Assembly: GCA_963674755.2 (NCBI GenBank)
Contig: CAXXVS010000002.1
Coordinates: 512,001-576,000 of the forward strand
DNA length: 64,000 bases
From: Desulfobacterales bacterium
GTDB lineage: Bacteria > Desulfobacterota > Desulfobacteria > Desulfobacterales > UBA5852
Direction: 5' to 3'
Positions within the stretch are counted from its first letter, which is position 1, and every line of letters begins with the position of its first letter. The position numbers were made by a program, and so were the translations under genes. Shown here in pieces: positions 1 through 9,381 of the stretch. A model generated the notes under the pieces. That model was not told the origin of the DNA. It saw only the letters and a list, made by a program, of their open reading frames with translations, and did not search any database.

Positions 1-154
1 GGAACGGATTGTGGGATAGACAACGCAGATTCGCTTGAGTCTATGATGCGGACCCATTTCCGCATCGGTCAGGATCGCTTCGGGCCGCAGCCTCTGTCGG
101 AGTTCTTCGGTTTTAATTTTAAGCATTGAAAAACCATCTGTCGATACCGATCCG

Positions 155-601
155 CTATCCCGCCAGTTGGCGGGCGGCCCAGGCGATGACCAGGTAGCGG
201 CCGGCCTTGCCCACGGCCACCAGGGGGATGAAGCGCGTCAACGGAACCTTGAACATGCCGGCCACGAGACAGAGGGGATCGCCTACAATAGGGGTCCAGG
301 CCAGGAGCAGGGACCAACTGCCCCAGCGGCTATACCAGCTCTCGGCCCGCCGGCGGTCGGCCGCGTCGATCCGCAGCCAGCGCTGCATGACCCACCGGCC
401 GCCCCACCACCCCACGGCCCAGGTGGTCGCCGCCCCCAGGGTGTTGCCGGCCGTGGCCACCGCCACCGCCGCGGTCATGTCCACCGGTTGGATCACGATA
501 GCCGCCAGCAGCCACTCCGAGGCGATGGGAAGCACGGTGGCGGCCAGAAAGCTGATGCAAAAGAGGGCCGGCAGCCCCCACTCGACGAGAACGGTTTCCA
601 T
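155..601 (-). CDS. YqaA/DedA (SNARE-associated) family membrane protein
   Basis: 148 aa hydrophobic protein with FLAATVLPIASE, GNTLGA and PIVGDPLCLVAG...GKAGRY motifs typical of YqaA. Confidence 0.9.
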   Translation of the reverse strand: METVLVEWGLPALFCISFLAATVLPIASEWLLAAIVIQPVDMTAAVAVATAGNTLGAATTWAVGWWGGRWVMQRWLRIDAADRRRAESWYSRWGSWSLLLAWTPIVGDPLCLVAGMFKVPLTRFIPLVAVGKAGRYLVIAWAARQLAG

Positions 602-769
602 TTCGCCAAGGCTTCTAAATCGGCGGGCGCCGTGCTGTCAACAAGGTGGGAAAAGGCCCTCAGGGGATTGGAACGCTCCGGCCGTTGGAATTGACCCCGG
701 TCCTTGGGGTGTTATCTTTAGATGATCGCTCCCACCCCACACCGCAATAACCGATGTCAAGGAGATCCC

Positions 770-3301
770 ATGAACAAGACACGCCAGATGGAAGCCTTTG
801 CTTCACCGCCCCTGGATCCCAGCGTTACCACCTTCGAATGGGACGCGGGGCTTTTCGAGCCCGACACCGTGGTCGGCCTTAAACGGGACATTATCCGGCA
901 CATCGTCTCCAGCCTGGGGCTCGATTATGCCCGCCGCGGCGCCTACAACTATTACCACGGACTGGCCCTGACCGTGCGCGAGCGGATGATCGACCAATGG
1001 ATCAGGACCCAGCGCTCCTACTACGAAGACCAGAGCAAACGCGTCTACTACCTGTCCATGGAGTATCTGCCCGGCAAGTCGCTCTTCAACAACCTGCATT
1101 GTCTGGGGATTTACGACGAAGCCAAGCAGGCCCTGGCCGAATTCGGCCTCGACCTCGATGAAGTGGCCGAGGTGGAATGGGACGCCGGCCTGGGCAACGG
1201 CGGGCTGGGCCGCCTGGCCTCCTGCTACCTGGACGCCATGGCCACCAAGGGCATCTCGGGCTACGGCTACGGCATCCGTTACGATTACGGCATGTTCCAC
1301 CAGGTCATTGAAAACGGGGCCCAGGTGGAACTGCCGGACAACTGGAACCAGCGGGGCAATTCCTGGGAATACGACCGGGGCCGTTTTCTGCACGAGGTTC
1401 GCTTCTTCGGCCGCGTCGTCTCCTGGGAGGATGACCAGGGCCGCCTGCGCTACGACTGGGTCGACACGGAAAAAGTTCTGGCCATGGCCTGCGACTTTCT
1501 CGTACCGGGCTTCCGCAATGACCAGGTGCTCAACGTGCGGCTGTGGTCGGCCCGATCGGACACCGAATTCAACCTGGCCTATTTCAATACCGGCGATTAC
1601 ATCGGCGCCGTAGAAGCCAAGATCCGCGACGAGGTGATCTCCAAGGTCCTCTACCCCCGGGATGAAGATCTAAAGGGGCGCATGCTCAGACTCTCCCAGC
1701 AGTATTTCTTCGTAACCGCCTCCCTGCAGGACATCCTGCGCCGCTACAAAAAGACTTACACCACCTTCGACAAATTTCCCGAAATGGTGGTCATCCAGCT
1801 CAATGAAACCCATCCTTCCATCGCCATTCCCGAATTGATGCGGATTTTCCTGGACGAGGAACTGATGGACTGGGATACGGCCTGGGACCTGTGCACCCGC
1901 GTTTTTGCCTACACCAACCACACCATCCTGCCCGAGGCTCTGGAAACCTGGTCCTGCTCTCTGATGGAAAGGCTTTTGCCGCGCCACATGCAGATCATCT
2001 ACGAAATCAACTATCGGTTTCTGCAATGGGCCCGGCCCCACTGTCCGGAGGGCATGCATGAAGACGATTTTCTGGGGCGGCTGTCCATTATCCAGGAATC
2101 CCCCACGAAGGCCGTCCGCATGGCCCATCTGGCCATCGTGGGCAGTTTTTCGGTCAACGGCGTGGCCGCCATGCACAGCGAAATTTTGCGCAAGGTCATC
2201 TTTCCCGAATTCGACAAGCTTTTCCCGGGCCGCTTCCGCAACATCACCAACGGCATTACCCCGCGCCGCTGGCTGCACCAGTGCAATCCCGGCCTGGCGG
2301 CCCTGATCAGCGAAACCATTTCCGGGGACTGGTGTCAGCACTTGGAGCAATTGCACGCCCTGGCGCCCCATGCCGAAGATGCCGAATTCCGCGCCCGCTG
2401 GCGGGCGGTCAAGCAGGCCAACAAGGAACGCCTGGTCGACTATGTGGCCTACAAGGTGGGCCTGACCTGCCACCGGGACGCCCTGTTCGACGTGCAGGTC
2501 AAGCGCATCCATGAATACAAGCGCCAACTGCTCAACGTGCTCCACGTGATCACGCTCTACAATCGGATCAAGGCGGATCCCGGGGGGACTTTCACCCCCC
2601 GTGTCGTGTTTTTCGGCGGCAAGGCCGCGCCGGGCTACCGGATGGCCAAACTCATCATCCAGCTGATCAACGCGGTGGCCGAGGTGGTAAACAACGATCC
2701 GATGGTGGACGGACGGTTGCAGGTGATCTTTCTGCCCAACTACTGCGTCTCCCAGGCCGAACGGATCATTCCCGCCGCGGAGCTCTCGGAGCAGATATCC
2801 ACGGCCGGCTACGAGGCCTCAGGCACCGGCAACATGAAGTTCGCCCTCAACGGCGCCCTGACCATCGGCACCCTGGACGGCGCCAACGTGGAGATGGCGG
2901 AGGAGATCGGCAAGGCGAACATGTTTATCTTCGGGCACACCGCCGAGGAGATCGCCGAGCTGCGCCAAAACGGCTGCGATCTCCGGCAATTCTACGACAA
3001 CGACCCGGAACTGCAACAGGCCTTGCAGATGATCGTGGACAATGCCTTTTCGCAGGCATCCCCCGGCCTGTTCGCACCGATAACGGACGCGTTGCTGAAG
3101 GGCGGCGACCGCTACTGCATCCTGGCCGACTACCGGGCTTACCTGGATTGTCAGGAAAGAGTCAGCACCCTTTATCGCGATCAGGATGAATGGACCCGCC
3201 GCTCCATTTTGAATACGGCCAACATGGGCAAATTCTCGAGCGACCGCTCGGTGATGGAATATGCGGAGAACATTTGGGGGGTAACCCCGCAATTCCCATG
3301 A
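770..3301 (+). CDS. glgP: Glycogen/starch phosphorylase (GT35)
   Basis: GLGNGGLGRLA, QLNETHP, KRIHEYKRQ and PLP-site EASGTGNMKF motifs; ATG at 770 follows GGAG. Confidence 0.97.
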   Translation: MNKTRQMEAFASPPLDPSVTTFEWDAGLFEPDTVVGLKRDIIRHIVSSLGLDYARRGAYNYYHGLALTVRERMIDQWIRTQRSYYEDQSKRVYYLSMEYLPGKSLFNNLHCLGIYDEAKQALAEFGLDLDEVAEVEWDAGLGNGGLGRLASCYLDAMATKGISGYGYGIRYDYGMFHQVIENGAQVELPDNWNQRGNSWEYDRGRFLHEVRFFGRVVSWEDDQGRLRYDWVDTEKVLAMACDFLVPGFRNDQVLNVRLWSARSDTEFNLAYFNTGDYIGAVEAKIRDEVISKVLYPRDEDLKGRMLRLSQQYFFVTASLQDILRRYKKTYTTFDKFPEMVVIQLNETHPSIAIPELMRIFLDEELMDWDTAWDLCTRVFAYTNHTILPEALETWSCSLMERLLPRHMQIIYEINYRFLQWARPHCPEGMHEDDFLGRLSIIQESPTKAVRMAHLAIVGSFSVNGVAAMHSEILRKVIFPEFDKLFPGRFRNITNGITPRRWLHQCNPGLAALISETISGDWCQHLEQLHALAPHAEDAEFRARWRAVKQANKERLVDYVAYKVGLTCHRDALFDVQVKRIHEYKRQLLNVLHVITLYNRIKADPGGTFTPRVVFFGGKAAPGYRMAKLIIQLINAVAEVVNNDPMVDGRLQVIFLPNYCVSQAERIIPAAELSEQISTAGYEASGTGNMKFALNGALTIGTLDGANVEMAEEIGKANMFIFGHTAEEIAELRQNGCDLRQFYDNDPELQQALQMIVDNAFSQASPGLFAPITDALLKGGDRYCILADYRAYLDCQERVSTLYRDQDEWTRRSILNTANMGKFSSDRSVMEYAENIWGVTPQFP

Positions 3302-3461
3302 GGCCCGGGACGTCGGATAAGACGGTGCCTTGCGATGCATGCCTGATGCGCCTGAGAGACGGTTGCGCACCAAGCGGCGCCGTATAAGGCAAGGGATGCC
3401 AGGAACGATCGATTATGATATGTGACCGAAGATCGAATGCGGAGCGGCCAATTCCTGCTCG

Positions 3462-4118
3462 ATGGAGCCACTGCGCCAACCGGAACTGCCTGTGAGACTA
3501 TCCAAAATCCATTTTACCGAAATGCTCATCGATGCCAATCCGATCGATCCCGTCGACCACCACAATTGGGCCTTCTACCCGGGCATGGGCTACGGTTCGA
3601 TGGACAAATGGTGGGGCGACCACGGAACGCGGGATTTTCCCCACGAAGGCATCGATATCTGCCTGTATGGAACCCCCAGCGGCGAGGTGCGCCGGCTCGA
3701 TGAGAAAACCCGCATCCCGGTGATGGCCGACGGAGTGGTCCGGGCCATCTTTAAAGACTATCTGGGCCAGGCCGTGATCGTCCAACATGAGGACCGTGCC
3801 GCCAATGCGGGAACCTATCTGTCGGTCTACGCCCACACCCGTCCCCGGGATGGCCTGCGCCCCGGTGCTCCCGTCCGGGAAGGGGAGATCATCGCCACCA
3901 TCGCCGACACCCGCCGCTCCAAAGCCAGGATCCTCCCCCATCTGCACCTTTCCCTCGGCCGCCCCTCCCCAGACCTGCGCTACGAGAATTTCATCTGGAA
4001 CATCATGCGCGATCCTGATTGCGTCACCCTGCTGGATCCCATGGACGTCATCGATGGAACATGGCAGACGCTTGGCCCACCAAATCCGGATAGTTCCCGT
4101 ATGTCATTTGTTGGATGA
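3462..4118 (+). CDS. M23 family metallopeptidase-like protein
   Basis: HEGID (HxxxD), SVYAH and PHLH (HxH) zinc motifs. Confidence 0.75.
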   Translation: MEPLRQPELPVRLSKIHFTEMLIDANPIDPVDHHNWAFYPGMGYGSMDKWWGDHGTRDFPHEGIDICLYGTPSGEVRRLDEKTRIPVMADGVVRAIFKDYLGQAVIVQHEDRAANAGTYLSVYAHTRPRDGLRPGAPVREGEIIATIADTRRSKARILPHLHLSLGRPSPDLRYENFIWNIMRDPDCVTLLDPMDVIDGTWQTLGPPNPDSSRMSFVG

Positions 4119-4396
4119 GATCTAACCTGAACCGCCTTCACCCTCCATGAGGAAAATGAAAGCATCGTTCGTGAATCGATCGAAGCCGCTCGAACCAATT
4201 CGTTAGGACCGAACGGTATTGGATGTATCTCCGATAGCAATCTCCAGAACATTTTTAAAACCAACAATGATGATTTTTTGCACAATGATAACAAGGCGGA
4301 CATGCTTATAGGGAAAACGCGATAATTCGATGATAAGTGCGCCAAAGTGGAATAGTGGACACTAAAGAGGGCTTGAAGTCAATTAGGTCGGATACA

Positions 4397-4424
4397 TTGA
4401 CTTAACAACGAGTTATGGTAGAAT
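4397..4424 (+). promoter_or_regulatory. Sigma70-type promoter (Pc-like) facing the cassette array
   Basis: TTGACT (4397-4402), 16 nt, TAGAAT (4419-4424) preceded by TG (extended -10); about 90 bp upstream of the first cassette. Confidence 0.65.
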
Positions 4425-4499
4425 TCCCATTAATATCAAATAGTCAAAGGAAAGAACATTTTTGTTTAAAAATAGCCTTTGTTGCGGAAAGGCAGATTT

Positions 4500-4521
4500 C
4501 CACTGAATAAATAAGTTGGGC
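4500..4521 (+). mobile_element. attI-like primary recombination site
   Basis: CTGAATAAATAA-GTTGGGC. GTTGGGC (4515-4521) is the exact reverse complement of the first attC's GCCCAAC, and no attC-type long palindrome precedes it. Confidence 0.55.
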
Positions 4522-4535
4522 TCATAAGATTGAGT

Positions 4536-5003
4536 ATGATTACAAGCACTGAGATTGCTGGAGCGTATAGCATAGGCTTTTCTATTGGATATTTCGATAT
4601 TCAGGACATTGTGAACTGGGCTGATAATCAAATAAAAGGTTCCGATAATCCCAGCCACAGTTTTATAGAACTATCGCTCTGTTCTGGTAAGCATTCTTTA
4701 GATATTCTACATACTCTCAAGGAATTATATGGTAATAAAATTCCACCGAAATCTCATGAAATCGTTACCGGACTTATTGCCATAGATTATGCAAATGGGG
4801 GCATTCCGGAAGAACAGCTTGCTGAGTACCTTGATAGATTAGGTTATACTTTGGATGAAGGTCATTGGCCGGAAATGATAAAAAATGCAAAAGACTCTAA
4901 GGCGCGTGAAACTATAAGATATAGGCTAAAAAAATTTCTCAAACCTTATAAGTCGCTCGCAAATGAATGGGATGGTAAAAGCCCAACCATTTTCTGCACC
5001 TGA
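4536..5003 (+). CDS. Cassette 1 hypothetical protein
   Basis: About 155 aa ORF filling cassette 4516-5046; stop codon lies inside attC; alternative TTG start at 4530. Confidence 0.8.
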   Translation: MITSTEIAGAYSIGFSIGYFDIQDIVNWADNQIKGSDNPSHSFIELSLCSGKHSLDILHTLKELYGNKIPPKSHEIVTGLIAIDYANGGIPEEQLAEYLDRLGYTLDEGHWPEMIKNAKDSKARETIRYRLKKFLKPYKSLANEWDGKSPTIFCT

Positions 5004-5052
5004 CCGGTGTTCCGCTGCCGCTCCACACCGGCAGGTAAGAAATACGTTAACT
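4981..5052 (+). repeat. attC site 1 (72 bp)
   Basis: GCCCAAC...GTTAACT; inner arms ACCTGaCCGGTGT / ACACCGGCAGGT pair with one extrahelical base. Confidence 0.92.
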
Positions 5053-5061
5053 GTATAAAAT

Positions 5062-5445
5062 ATGCTCCATAAACTCCGAAAAGTTCTACGTGACTTAAGA
5101 ATTGCATTTATGCATGGAAAAGCATTCAAAAAAATTGAAAAAGGGAATTATGCCGAAGCTGCTTCATTACTTGAGAGAATCTGTGGGGAAGATCCGGAAG
5201 GGAAAAATGAATATTCATATTTTTGTATTGGAGACTGCTACTACCGATTAAAGAAATATGAAAAAGCACAAAAATTGCTTAAAAAGTCCTTCGATATATA
5301 CAAAATGAATATTTTAGAAGTCAAAAATCAAAGGGATCTACGCACCTTTAGTGAATTAAAAAACACCTACATTGAAGTGCTCAGAATTAACGGTCAACAT
5401 GAAGTAGCTAAGATGATAAAGAGTAAATATAAAGTTCGCAGTTAA
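5062..5445 (+). CDS. Cassette 2 tetratricopeptide-repeat protein
   Basis: 127 aa; TPR-like pattern GNYAEAASLLE...YFCIGDCYYRLKKYEKAQKLLKKS; stop overlaps the R'' box AGTTAAC. Confidence 0.82.
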   Translation: MLHKLRKVLRDLRIAFMHGKAFKKIEKGNYAEAASLLERICGEDPEGKNEYSYFCIGDCYYRLKKYEKAQKLLKKSFDIYKMNILEVKNQRDLRTFSELKNTYIEVLRINGQHEVAKMIKSKYKVRS

Positions 5446-5497
5446 CCTGCGGCTGTTGCGGACTCGGTTCCCTCGCCGCAAAGCCAAGACGTTGGAT
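5440..5497 (+). repeat. attC site 2 (58 bp)
   Basis: AGTTAAC...GTTGGAT; arms GGCTgTTGCGG / CCGCAAAGCC. AGTTAAC complements upstream GTTAACT. Confidence 0.92.
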
Positions 5498-5507
5498 AGA
5501 AATACAG

Positions 5508-5771
5508 ATGAAAAAACGGTCGAATAGCATTTTTTTGTGGAGTTTCATAATCATTTGGTTCGCTACATCTCTAATTCCAATAATTAATGATGACAAATTC
5601 GGATGGATTCAAGTTATGTGGGCATACGGAGGCCTTATTGTGATACTATTTGAACGAGGTCTGCGTAGCTTATTGCCAATTTGCAGTTTAGTTATAATAG
5701 GGCATATCTCCATATCAGTTCTCTTAGCTTTCGTAACAACAGGTATATTAAAAAAAAGAAAAGGAAATTAA
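5508..5771 (+). CDS. Cassette 3 small membrane protein
   Basis: 87 aa with about 3 hydrophobic segments, between attC2 and attC3. Confidence 0.75.
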   Translation: MKKRSNSIFLWSFIIIWFATSLIPIINDDKFGWIQVMWAYGGLIVILFERGLRSLLPICSLVIIGHISISVLLAFVTTGILKKRKGN

Positions 5772-5817
5772 ACTCCCTTTAAAATAAGACAGAGGTGATT
5801 TAAATTTTCCCTGCGCT

Positions 5818-5914
5818 ATCCAACAAGTCGCTTAAGTCGTTTCGCGCACATAGGTGCGCTTCACTGGGACCTCCGCCGCCTTGCGGCTCCGGTCCCTTAG
5901 CTCCAACGTTCTGC
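5818..5914 (+). repeat. attC site 3 (97 bp)
   Basis: ATCCAAC...GTTCTGC; GCTtAAG / CTTAGC L boxes and GGGACC...GGTCCC inner stem. ATCCAAC complements upstream GTTGGAT. Confidence 0.9.
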
Positions 5915-5916
5915 TT

Positions 5917-6276
5917 ATGAAATATGACTATTTAAAAAAACTGCCGGTCAAGAATAGGCAAAAAATGCTTGGCCTAGATTGGAATAGGAAGTATTTCCAG
6001 GGGAATAATCTGATTCCTGTAATCTTTATAATTGCGACTTCAATTATTAATAGCACACTGGCCTTAATATATAATCAAGGCATTCTCGAGGTGATTTTGT
6101 GTAATATTATAGGAATACCTGCAGCATTAGTAGTGCATTTATCAGTTTTCAGTGGGTTTATTTCATCAAATACAGGCAGCTATTTTAGACAAACAGAACC
6201 TGTCAGATATTGGTCTACGTTGTTTTTCCCCTTTATGGGATTTGTGTTAACTCAAATAGGCATGTGGTATATATAG
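5917..6276 (+). CDS. Cassette 4 membrane protein
   Basis: 119 aa from ATG 5917, just after the crossover point; about 3 TM segments. Confidence 0.78.
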   Translation: MKYDYLKKLPVKNRQKMLGLDWNRKYFQGNNLIPVIFIIATSIINSTLALIYNQGILEVILCNIIGIPAALVVHLSVFSGFISSNTGSYFRQTEPVRYWSTLFFPFMGFVLTQIGMWYI

Positions 6277-6281
6277 GGGTA

Positions 6282-6412
6282 GCAGAACCTTCGCTTTCAC
6301 AGCCGACCGGGCTATCCAGCGGCGTTCTAAAAGGGGTTTTGGTAAGCGGTCTAATCGGTAGTTTAGAAACTCATTGCTTCCTCGTTCCCGGCGGGTGAAG
6401 CGCACGTGACCT
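6282..6412 (+). repeat. attC site 4 (about 131 bp), R' core degenerate (GTG instead of GTT)
   Basis: GCAGAAC (complement of GTTCTGC); arms CGCTTTCAC..CCGaCCGGG / CCCGGCGG.GTGAAGCG; ends CAC-GTGACCT. Confidence 0.8.
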
Positions 6413-6635
6413 ACAAAAGAGATAGCAAGGAAGAAATATCTCATCTTTTTCATAATCATTTTTCCATTTACATGTTTCTCAGGACCTCGCTTACGGCCGA
6501 ATAATTGGGCCATACCTGTTATTGATACACATCTTAAAAAGCTTAATATCTCAGGAACTTTTATATAGAGACCAATAGACAACATCACCTATACCTTTCA
6601 TGCCCAATCCATATCGACTGCCGACAGGGCCCTCC

Positions 6636-9260
6636 ATGAAATCTGCCATTTTATCGTTATGCTGTTGCATCCTCATGTTGGCCGCTTGCACAACGATCAA
6701 AAGGCCGCACACAATACCGGCGGCGTCGACATGGTCCGCCGCCAATCCGTCCAGCATCCCTTACGATGTCCGCCGCGGGCAATTGGAAAAGGGCAATCTC
6801 GTGACGAATGCCGCTTTCGAGGAGGGGCGCTGGCTCAAGGGTGATTCTGACCACCCGTTTAAGCTCACGGGGTGGGAAACGGTAGGGCGCCACATCCAGT
6901 GGGTCGAGCGTGCGTCAGCGCCGGGTGCCTTCGATGCCCAGCACAGCGGCCGTCGCTGCATCAAAATCACGCGCAGCAAAGCCAATGAGATCGATGAGGC
7001 CGAGGGCATTATCAGCGATTACATCCCGGTGATTCCGGGAAACTACGATTTCACGTATGGCGTTCGGCTACAGAACATCGTGAGCAATAAATCTCGATTG
7101 GGCGTCCGACTTTACGATGCGATCGTTGTCCGCGTGCTGTTTTTCGACGAGAACAAGCAGCCTTTGAACCCGGCAATGGTGAATCCTGTCAGCGGCGGCC
7201 TGATCGACAATTCGGACAAGAGCTTTTCATTTTCCAATTTCTGGCGAATCGAGCGGTTCCCGTGGGGAAACGTCAGGGGAAGATCCTACAATTATCCCTT
7301 CTCCGAGGGCGATATTCCTGACCGGACCTGCTACGTGCGGCTGTTTTTCGGTCTGAAAGGCACCGGCCGCGTATGGCTGGACGATGTCTATTTCGGTTTC
7401 TCGAAATGGAATTTTACCGCTTTGGAACGCTTCAAGCCCTTTTTTAACCGCCGTTTCACGTTGACCGAAACGCTGATTCCCACGCCTAAACAGGTTCAGG
7501 AGATCGACGCGATCACGTATTACCACGCGCAAGACCCGATCGCTGCTTTGCCCGTCATCGTCCTGCCCGAAAATCCCACCCCGGCGGACCGCTCGGCGGC
7601 CACCCTCCTGCAGACCAGGCTCGGCGCCGTGCTGGCCGCAGCAAATTCCGGCAATGGCGATCGTCGAAAGATCAAGATCGTGGCAAATGACGCTGGTGAA
7701 GAAGATCTGTTCGCCTCCAAATTGATCATCAGTATTGGAGACAATCGCGTTTTTCAAACGATCCAACCGGATCTTCCCATGCAATCCGTGCGTGGCAACA
7801 CGCAGGGATACGTTATCAAGGCGGAGCGGTTCGGTGGCGGCCATGTCCTGTTCCTGATGGGGGCAACCGCCATCGGAAACTACTATGCCGCCACCACGGC
7901 GGTGCAGCTTTTTGAAAAGGATCGATTCATCTACCACAATGCCACCGTCGTCGATTTTCCGGACTTTTCGGGCCGTTCGTATGTGTTCAAAGACTGGCGA
8001 AGTGAAGACGAACTGAAACGGGATCTCGACGCCGTCGACCGCATGAGTTGCTATAAGTTGAACAAGGTCTATGTCGGTTACGACCGGGCGAAGAAAAACT
8101 GGTATCAGCCCGATGACCTGTTTCGCCGCGGATTGGCCGAAGCCGGCCGCCGCTTCCAAGAAAACGGCGTGATGCATCTGGCCGTGATGGTCAATCCGTA
8201 TTCCCACTTTCCCATGGAGGCCGCGCAGGAAGAGTTGAGCGAGGCCTTGCGCTACACCTGGACCCACAGCAGTCCGGAAAGCCTGGAAACCCTGAAGGAT
8301 GTCTATCGGATCGGACTGGATGCCGGTGCCGACACGATCGTGTTCTTGGCGGATGATTTCGTGCCCCACGCCGGCCCTAATCGTCAGGATTATGCGTTGT
8401 ACACCGCGGAAGACAGACGCCGTTTCGTCAATCTTCAAAATGCCCAGGCTTATGTCATCAACCGGTTGAAGAGCTGGGTCGACGGCGCGTATCCGGGAAC
8501 CCGGATTGAATTCTGCCCGCCGTGGTATTCCAATGAACATATCGATCGCAGCGACGGGAAGGCGGAAGTGTACCTGGCAGAGCTGGCGTTCCAGATCCCG
8601 CGCGATATCGCCATCATGTGGACCGGGCCGACCATACGCTCCTTGTCCATCGACATGGCGGACCTGCACCGTTTCAGTTCGCTGATCGGCAGGTGGCCGA
8701 TGCTCTGGGACAATACCTTGTATGCCCGAAATATGGAAACGAAGCGCTACGGCGGCTATGCCACCTATTATCCCGGCAAGGTCACCATGTGCAATCTGTT
8801 CGAACCCTACGATACCGACATGCCCGGGGATTTTCAGCAATACAGCGACAGCCGGCAAAAGTACACGAACGGCAATGCCTACACTGAAATTTACAAGATC
8901 AAGTACGCTACCGTTGCCGACTACGAGTGGAACACCGGCGCCTATCAGCCGGAGCGTTCCCTGTGGAAGGTGCTGAGCAGCACCTACGGGCCGGCGGGCG
9001 CCCAGGAACTTATCCGCTTCAGCGATGCGTACTACCATGCTTACGGCATTTGCATGCGGATGGAGACGGAAAGCGATGCTAACCCGGATCTTGCTGCGAT
9101 GGGCAGGGATTCGATTGCCAGGCTGGAGCAAAGCTTCCTGAACCTCTCACGGACATTGCCGAATCATGAAGCGCTGTTGAACGAATTGAGGCAGTTCCGG
9201 GACAGGCAGAAGAAACGTTTCGATCGGTTGACCCGGGGCGCGCGTCCGGCAGCCTCCTGA
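6636..9260 (+). CDS. Lipoprotein with CBM-like, GH20b-like and GH84 (O-GlcNAcase/hyaluronidase) domains
   Basis: Lipobox LAAC; NLVTNAAFEEG...VWLDDV; LIPTPKQ; YKLN, LADDF (catalytic DD), FCPPWY, MWTGP, LWDN, ADYEWN. Confidence 0.8.
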   Translation: MKSAILSLCCCILMLAACTTIKRPHTIPAASTWSAANPSSIPYDVRRGQLEKGNLVTNAAFEEGRWLKGDSDHPFKLTGWETVGRHIQWVERASAPGAFDAQHSGRRCIKITRSKANEIDEAEGIISDYIPVIPGNYDFTYGVRLQNIVSNKSRLGVRLYDAIVVRVLFFDENKQPLNPAMVNPVSGGLIDNSDKSFSFSNFWRIERFPWGNVRGRSYNYPFSEGDIPDRTCYVRLFFGLKGTGRVWLDDVYFGFSKWNFTALERFKPFFNRRFTLTETLIPTPKQVQEIDAITYYHAQDPIAALPVIVLPENPTPADRSAATLLQTRLGAVLAAANSGNGDRRKIKIVANDAGEEDLFASKLIISIGDNRVFQTIQPDLPMQSVRGNTQGYVIKAERFGGGHVLFLMGATAIGNYYAATTAVQLFEKDRFIYHNATVVDFPDFSGRSYVFKDWRSEDELKRDLDAVDRMSCYKLNKVYVGYDRAKKNWYQPDDLFRRGLAEAGRRFQENGVMHLAVMVNPYSHFPMEAAQEELSEALRYTWTHSSPESLETLKDVYRIGLDAGADTIVFLADDFVPHAGPNRQDYALYTAEDRRRFVNLQNAQAYVINRLKSWVDGAYPGTRIEFCPPWYSNEHIDRSDGKAEVYLAELAFQIPRDIAIMWTGPTIRSLSIDMADLHRFSSLIGRWPMLWDNTLYARNMETKRYGGYATYYPGKVTMCNLFEPYDTDMPGDFQQYSDSRQKYTNGNAYTEIYKIKYATVADYEWNTGAYQPERSLWKVLSSTYGPAGAQELIRFSDAYYHAYGICMRMETESDANPDLAAMGRDSIARLEQSFLNLSRTLPNHEALLNELRQFRDRQKKRFDRLTRGARPAAS

Positions 9261-9318
9261 CCGAAACGCCCTCAATATCTTAAACGGTTCTCCGGCAAGC
9301 TCCCGTCAACAGGAATTT

Positions 9319-9381
9319 ACCACGAAGGACACGCAGAGATGCGCACCGGAACGATCTGAATTCCTTCGTGATCTTCGTGGT
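9319..9381. repeat. Intergenic inverted repeat built from CACGAAG units (REP-like)
   Basis: ACCACGAAGGACACG ... CTTCGTGATCTTCGTGGT. Confidence 0.55.

Larger units (their letters stand above)
4515..6412 (+). mobile_element. Integron gene cassette array lacking an integrase in the window (CALIN-like), 4 cassettes
   Basis: AT-rich island of four co-oriented small ORFs, each followed by an imperfect palindrome bounded by AAC...GTT. Each cassette's 5' core is complementary to its own R'' box. Confidence 0.92.

Noticed and set aside
4120..4208. ATCTAAC...GTTAGGA, a possible extra attC
   Set aside because: No internal inverted repeat or L boxes between the cores.
3980..4345. Minus-strand ORF at the position where intI would be expected
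   Set aside because: No tyrosine recombinase motifs seen in the frames read; overlaps the M23 gene.
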